A stretch of 57,502 bases of DNA, the filler included, from Ionaspis alba (taxonomy: Eukaryota), in NCBI GenBank assembly GCA_964255285.1. It is 3 parts of 3 records of this genome, joined end to end, with 100 filler letters (N's around TTAATTAATTAA, not from the genome) between each part and the next. Parts side by side here need not be neighbours in the genome. Positions count along the whole stretch, not along the records: positions 38,478 to 57,502 come from CAXUUL010000276.1; 2 more parts are not named here. One strand, given 5' to 3'. The position numbers were made by a program, and so were the translations under genes. This document shows positions 51,947 through 57,502 of the stretch, one piece after another; position 1 is the stretch's first letter; each line of letters opens with the position of its first letter. Below the pieces are notes generated by a model. It did not search any database, was not told the DNA's origin, and worked only from the letters and a program-made list of their open reading frames with translations.

Positions 51947-54328
51947 TCACATCCCAATCGAACGCCACACCATCTCTAGAAGATCACCCCTCACATCCAC
52001 ATTCTTTGTGAGAGAAATGCGCCTGAAACCGCACATACCACTCACGTACCCAAACTCAAGGTCATTCCTACACTCAGGTAGGTTTGCAATGTCCTCGCTG
52101 AATGTCTCCTGGTATGTTCCATCTCCCGTCCACTCATCCTGCTCCATGGCACGTGTGTATATCTCTAGAGCCACCGATTCCACGGTGCCCCCCCTTTGGA
52201 GAAAATTTCTCACAGCAGGTGGCCATTCCCCAGCATCTCTAACAACATTCAACACGTTAGGCTCGTTAGGCGCCTTTCCCGTCTTCAGACAGGTCGCAAT
52301 GTGCAACCACAGATTTACAAAGCCCTGACGCATGGACTTGTTTGTTTTGAGGTTGTTCCGCACTCTTGAAAGCAGGTAACCGAGATAATACTTGTGAAAT
52401 TTAACCCACTCTGGCCCCGAGCACTCATAGATGTCGTAATTCATTAAGTCGTATCCTATTTGAGCCTGGCATAGGAGAGCATGCGACATCCTAGGACTCA
52501 AAAACCCCTTCAGACATTGTCCGCACGTGCATCCTCCAACCATTTGCAGTAGGGCGTTCGGACCCTGGGACTCCACAAGAGACTCCACAGAGACCAATCC
52601 TTTGAGCAAAATCAAACAGCGCACAGCACTATCACTGTGTCCTTCGAATTGGTCGGAGACAGGAACAGTTGATGCATTGATGACACTCTGCGTGCGAAGC
52701 TCTTCGAGTTTGAATTGAAGTAATTCGAGAGGGGTTTCGCCATGATTGTTGCGCAATTGAAGCAGCTGAGTTCCGAAGTCTTGATTCAAAATCCACTTAA
52801 CGCAACCAACATTGAATGTTGACGCAGCAAGATGAAGGACTGTATTGCCATCCTTGTCTTCACTCGTCCAGCAGGCATCAGCTGAACCCTTCTGTTGCAT
52901 ACAATTTTGAAGCACACTGAGAAAGTCGGGGATTTCGGGAGAGTTTCGGCTCAATATCTGGTCCAGAACGGACGGAGGGTCGCTAATCTGCTGGAACGGA
53001 CTCAAGAGGGAATGGAGAGCGGTTAAAGGCACCTTTGGAGGATTGAAATCCTCTGTTGAGGCAAGCCGGTGAGAGGGATGATCATTGTTGGAAGTCATGG
53101 CAAACCAGATTGTGGATCCCACCCTTCGAAATCCTAGAGACCTGTAGAACATGACAGCCCGGTCTTCTTCACGGTCTGCCATTCGATTTCTTGCTGCATC
53201 GTCTTGCAGGCTGTTCCACTCTAGCTTGAGGTCGTGCAATCTCAAGATAGTTGGCCGGACGAAAGCGACGAATGACCGTGTCTTTTGCTGGGCCAGTGTC
53301 AACAATGATTCGATCATCCTTCGACCAAGTCTTTGCCTGCGATAATATTGGTTGACAAAGATCTCTTCAATGAGCAGCATGTCCCCGCGATCCAGTTCCT
53401 GGCCCCAGATACCAGTTCCCTTGATGATTGGGTGGGTTTTGAACTCGGACCGGAGCCGACCATACCGGTCAAACAAGTCAAATGCTAGCATTGATGTCTC
53501 TCTTGACGGTCGTTCCATCTCCCCATAGAAGTCATCGCGCATCTGATTCCTTTTGATCAACTTGGCTTGACAATATGCAACCTGCTTCGGCTCGCCGCAT
53601 TCGTCCAGGGTCGCTGTAGAAGTGACTTTGACATCGATTGGTTCTAGCCACTCGAACTTCAAATCCGGATCGAACTCGGAGCGATCTTCGTCCTTGTCGT
53701 TATCTTCATCATCTTCGTCATCGTTATCTTCAACATTTTGGTCACTTTCATCATCGTCGTCACTTTCGTCTTCCTCGTCATATTCGCCCTGCTCGTCATC
53801 CTCGTCAATCACAATATCGTTTTCTCGACCCTGTTCTGCATCTATATATGTCCCCGTCCCCTCTGTAGCAATGGCTACGTTCTCGAGTGAATCATCTCCG
53901 TGGAGAGTGTAAGCGTCGCCACCATCAACGGTTGTTTTCGCTTGAGAACTAGATTCATCTGCACCCTGATCTGAGCTGAGGCTACGGGCTGCTTGGTAAG
54001 CCGCAACAGAATGTGCCTCAGCGTTTGGTCCTCCATCCGACCACTCCGAGAGGAGTTTTCGATATAGCTCACGTTGAGGTAGTGTGAACACTGGGTCATT
54101 GCGGGCAGCCTTCGACGTAGATTTAAGGTTGACCTCTATTTTGAAGTCCCCAAAAGTCTCTGAAAGGTTGGAAGGGTCGGTGATCTCTTGCTATTGGAAC
54201 TTAGAATGATGATGATATTAGGTGGAGACCTTAACCTGATCAAGTCGAGAGCGCGTAATCTTAGTACGAGCACTTTTCGCTGTGGGCTGACCTTCATAAT
54301 CACCAGCCCGGCGCTTGCGAGGACTCAT
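51947..54328 (-). CDS. Uncharacterised protein: NLS-like N-terminus, acidic tract, GNAT-like acetyltransferase domain, ankyrin repeats, CxCxxC motif; 2 exons
   Basis: Exon 1 MSPRKRR...RLDQ, phase-0 intron (gttaag...ctaag...tag), then frame continuing into ORF 51947-54091; IEEIFVNQYYRRQRLGRRMI and AVMFYRSLGFRRVG (GNAT motifs A/B), GNTVLHLAA and GETPLELL (ankyrin), GGCTCGQC. Confidence 0.8.
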
Positions 54329-55133
54329 TTCGGGGGTTGTCGACGACTTCTCAGGTCCCGTATTGGGGATGGAAACAAGACAGATGATCTGAAGAGGTAG
54401 AAGAGACAACGATGAGACCTCGAGTGAGAAATGGCTCGTAATTATACCAGGCACCGTGATCCAAGGAGGAGGCCCGTCATCTCTAAAAAAAGACTAAAAA
54501 ATGGGAAGATGAGACATAGCAAGGCACCGAATTTGGCTGCCTGGAGAGAGTGTACAATAATAGCAGTTTGCGGCACAGCAACGCAACGGCGAGGAAGGGG
54601 CGATCAAGTGCTATTGGCAGGTGCGATTATGCTTTTCTTTTTTTGCACACGTCGTGGAGCATCCAGGAGGGTTAATTTGTCTCATTGCCAGTTTCAATTA
54701 TCCGTCTATCCTACTGAAGACAACATTTACTCAGTAACGTTTTAGGCGAATTTCAGATGGGCTTTTGGGGTAGGAAGCTGCGACTCCATACCTGAAGCTT
54801 TTCGCAGTTCTCACGCATCTACCCTTGCCTTCCTTCATGAATTGCATCAAAGTATCAGTGCACGATGAGCTGCATTACTCTTGCAGTCTCGACGGCTCTG
54901 TGTTAGCGTATGCTCTGATCGGCCCCCATGTGAAAGCTGTGCAGCTTCTGTCGAGGCATCGATAAGAGTATCTTGAAAATGTCGACCTAGTAACTACAAC
55001 GGGGACCCTGAAAAATCTCCTGGCAACAATAAGCGAGAGGTGAGCCTGGAACCGCGCGCCTTTCGATGGGACGCACCAAAACCTGAAACCCTGGGACCAA
55101 ATTATGGAACTATACGCAGGACTCACAATTGTG

Positions 55134-55223
55134 CTCAGGCCGCCCGAAGCACACTCAGGGTTGGACAGCCACAGCCTCAGGGCGGCTTACTTAGAGCTCA
55201 GGTTAAAACAGCGAGTGCTCAGG
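55134..55223. repeat. Five CTCAGG hexamers spaced 20-22 bp apart with unique spacers
   Basis: CTCAGG starts at 55134, 55154, 55176, 55197 and 55218; intergenic, between two divergent genes. Function unknown. Confidence 0.55.
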
Positions 55224-55463
55224 TCTGAGAACGGAACGGGCACTTGGTGAGGTTAGTTTTGGCGATAGTATATAGGGCTATTTTGATACATTATATTGTG
55301 CTTAGGTAATGCTTGATGTGCCAGCTTCGGTCTTACACCTCGGCTCAAGCCGAAGTTGCAGATCGATAAACATCCTACTCACAACTCAACCTTTACCCTC
55401 AAAGGATCGAAGTGTTAGACCGATCCTAAACTAAAGGAGCTTCACAAAGCAGTCCAGCCCTTC

Positions 55464-56939
55464 ATGGCCTCTCTACCTTCCTACTCCTCCAGCGCTCCTT
55501 CACAGCGACCTCCCTCTGGCAGTCAGGACGCATCAACCTCCACAGCGTCCGATGACGCTCTGCATCCGCATCAGCCTGATCATACCAGCTCGGATCCTCC
55601 CCACTCCCAAGAACCTCAAACCGACTCCCAAAACAGCGAAAACCCAGCACCATTTCCCTCATCGTCAGCTCACACTCGACCCTTACCCTCCAGCCCACCA
55701 CCTCCAGCCTCCGAGCCGCGTAAATGCTGGATCTGCTTCGCCGACGAAACCGAAGACACGCCCACAACCTCCTCCTGGCGCTCTCCCTGCCCCTGTGCGC
55801 TGACCGCACACGAAGCCTGCCTCCTCGACTGGGTCGCCGATCTCGAAGCTCCTACATCGCGGAAACGCTCGAATGCGCCGCCTAGAATACAGTGTCCGCA
55901 ATGCAAGGCCGATATCACGATCGCGCGGCCGAGAAGTTTGATTGTCGATGGAGTTGGCGCTGCAGAGAGGATAGCGGGAAGGATGGTGGTGCCTGGTATA
56001 TTTATCACGCTGGCTGGAAGCCTGGCAACGGGGTGCTGGGTGCATGGGTTGAGTGCTGTGTATCTTGTGTTTGGGAGAGAGGACTTCAAGAGGTTGATGG
56101 GTGTGAATTCAGGGAGGGGTGTCAGTGCTAAGTGGGGCTTTGGTCTGCCGTTCATACCGGTCGTTCTGGTCATGTCCAGGACGGCATTGGCGGATAATCT
56201 CCTGCCAGTGCTCCCAATCTTGTTCTTCGCAACGCAGATACCCGAGAGAGGAGCTACGACGGTGGGACTGTGGCCGCCGAGTGCGGCGATGACGATGGCG
56301 ACCTTGCCGTATCTACGTGGGGTGTATAATGAGATCTACAAGAGAGTGTTTGCGCCGAGGATGGAGCGGTGGACGAAAGAGATCCAACCTCGAGCTGGAG
56401 AGACTACGGAAGGTGATGGTGCCGGGAGAAATCGCGCGAACGAAGAGGATGATATCAACGGGAATGTGGGCTTCGAGCTTAATCTAGAGGTCGAGATCTT
56501 CGAAGAAGAACAGCACATACATCCCCCACCACAACAAGAACTTGCGGCCCCAGCTGGCCAGATTGGCGGCGCCAATCAAGGACAAGGCGCGAACCCGGCA
56601 CCGGCACCAGTGCCCGCGCAGCGACAAAACGGACTCATCGTTTCTACGAGCCGGGTCGCAGATACGATTATCGGGGCTCTGGCCTTCCCAGCCATTGCGG
56701 CTACAATGGGTGTGCTGATCAAGGTTGGCTTGCCAAAGAAGTGGACGACGCCAGCTGGAGAGCGGCTGAGGCCAGGGCTGTTGCAGACGCAGTGGGGGAG
56801 GAGTATTGTTGGGGGCTGCTTGTTTGTCGTCATGAAGGACATGGCGCTACTTTATTCGAGGTATAGACTTGCACAGGACCATAGGAAGCGGAGAGTGGTG
56901 GACTATGATCGGGGAAAGACCAAAGCGAATGGAAGCTGA
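55464..56939 (+). CDS. RING-CH (C4HC3) membrane E3 ubiquitin ligase, MARCH5/MITOL-like
   Basis: CWIC...WRSPCPC...HEACLLDWV...CPQC RING-variant followed by several hydrophobic segments and a C-terminal GRSIVGGCLFVVMKD..LLY..Y....RKRRVVDY motif; single exon. Confidence 0.85.
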   Translation: MASLPSYSSSAPSQRPPSGSQDASTSTASDDALHPHQPDHTSSDPPHSQEPQTDSQNSENPAPFPSSSAHTRPLPSSPPPPASEPRKCWICFADETEDTPTTSSWRSPCPCALTAHEACLLDWVADLEAPTSRKRSNAPPRIQCPQCKADITIARPRSLIVDGVGAAERIAGRMVVPGIFITLAGSLATGCWVHGLSAVYLVFGREDFKRLMGVNSGRGVSAKWGFGLPFIPVVLVMSRTALADNLLPVLPILFFATQIPERGATTVGLWPPSAAMTMATLPYLRGVYNEIYKRVFAPRMERWTKEIQPRAGETTEGDGAGRNRANEEDDINGNVGFELNLEVEIFEEEQHIHPPPQQELAAPAGQIGGANQGQGANPAPAPVPAQRQNGLIVSTSRVADTIIGALAFPAIAATMGVLIKVGLPKKWTTPAGERLRPGLLQTQWGRSIVGGCLFVVMKDMALLYSRYRLAQDHRKRRVVDYDRGKTKANGS

Positions 56940-57114
56940 GACGATCTGAGGTGTTTACTGATAGTGATATGTGAACTGTGGCTACAGCGAGTTTAACAGG
57001 GCTTGCATATTTAGCGATTCACTTTGTGGTCCAGTGACGGCATTCCTCCCCTTCTCTGAAGTGTTATGAAGTTCTTGACGTAATAGATTCGAATGACTAT
57101 ATACATAAACATCG

Positions 57115-57502
57115 CTAGAGTAATCCCATCATATGTATTATGACCCCAATAAGGGCTCCTTTCCCTATTCCGTAATGTTCGAAAGTCCTTCCAGCGCTTG
57201 CTCCCGATGTAGACACCGCGCTAATCGATGGCGGAGTGGTGGACGTGACCGTGCAGGCAACAGGATAGCTGGCAGTCTGAAGAGGTGGACTTCCGGAAAC
57301 TGTCACAGCAGGCAAGGAATAGATCTGGTTAGAAGGGCACGTTCCAACCGTCCCACCACCAGCGCTGGTCGGATTTGCGGGACTCGTAGCGCTTGCTGAT
57401 TTGGTTGGTAAGATGATGGGGAAAGAAGCGGTTGTGTCGGGTACTGTTGAGGTCTCGTTGGAGCCATACAAAACATCCTGACAAACGGGAGCAGCGTCGT
57501 TG
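57115..57502 (-). CDS. 3' end of a Ser/Thr-rich, probably GPI-anchored or secreted protein, 5'-truncated
   Basis: Frame open from the window end (NDAAPVCQDVLYGSNETST...); S/T/P-rich stalk, small-residue stretch SGASAG and terminal hydrophobic tail GALIGVIIHMMGLL*. Confidence 0.6.
   Translation of the reverse strand, partial: NDAAPVCQDVLYGSNETSTVPDTTASFPIILPTKSASATSPANPTSAGGGTVGTCPSNQIYSLPAVTVSGSPPLQTASYPVACTVTSTTPPSISAVSTSGASAGRTFEHYGIGKGALIGVIIHMMGLL

Overview
Eukaryotic, gene-dense DNA from a filamentous ascomycete (Pezizomycotina), judged from short introns of about 50-60 nt with CTRAY branch points and from fungal-type housekeeping proteins. The window is not one locus. Two 100-nt artificial linkers (44N-TTAATTAATTAA-44N at 19157-19256 and 38378-38477) join three scaffolds of 19156, 19121 and 19025 bp, and there are four internal 100-N gaps. 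Scaffold 1: 3' end of a J-domain protein, RNase III (Rnt1/Pac1), RSM27, a small hypothetical, SF3B2/CUS1, an RS/P-rich protein, a Pumilio (Puf4/Mpt5-type) protein, RPC2/RET1 and a truncated orphan. Scaffold 2: CSN2, CWC25, RHO3, MGR2, VPS64/SLMAP, LIP2, POP7, a FucP-like MFS transporter, a hypothetical and RRP40. Scaffold 3: exomer ChAP (BUD7/BCH1), HIR3, TFC6, a GNAT-ankyrin protein, a RING-CH E3 ligase and the 3' end of a probable GPI protein. I spliced the gene models by hand; the J-domain gene and MGR2 are absent from the ORF track and RSM27 and RHO3 appear only as fragments. I found no tRNA, rRNA, CRISPR array or intact transposon, and I cannot claim a clearly new biological system. The best leads are the GNAT-ankyrin-Cys protein, the LIP2/POP7 head-to-head pair, two GC-AG introns with very weak donors, a possible recursive splice site in the ChAP gene and a phased CTCAGG array.
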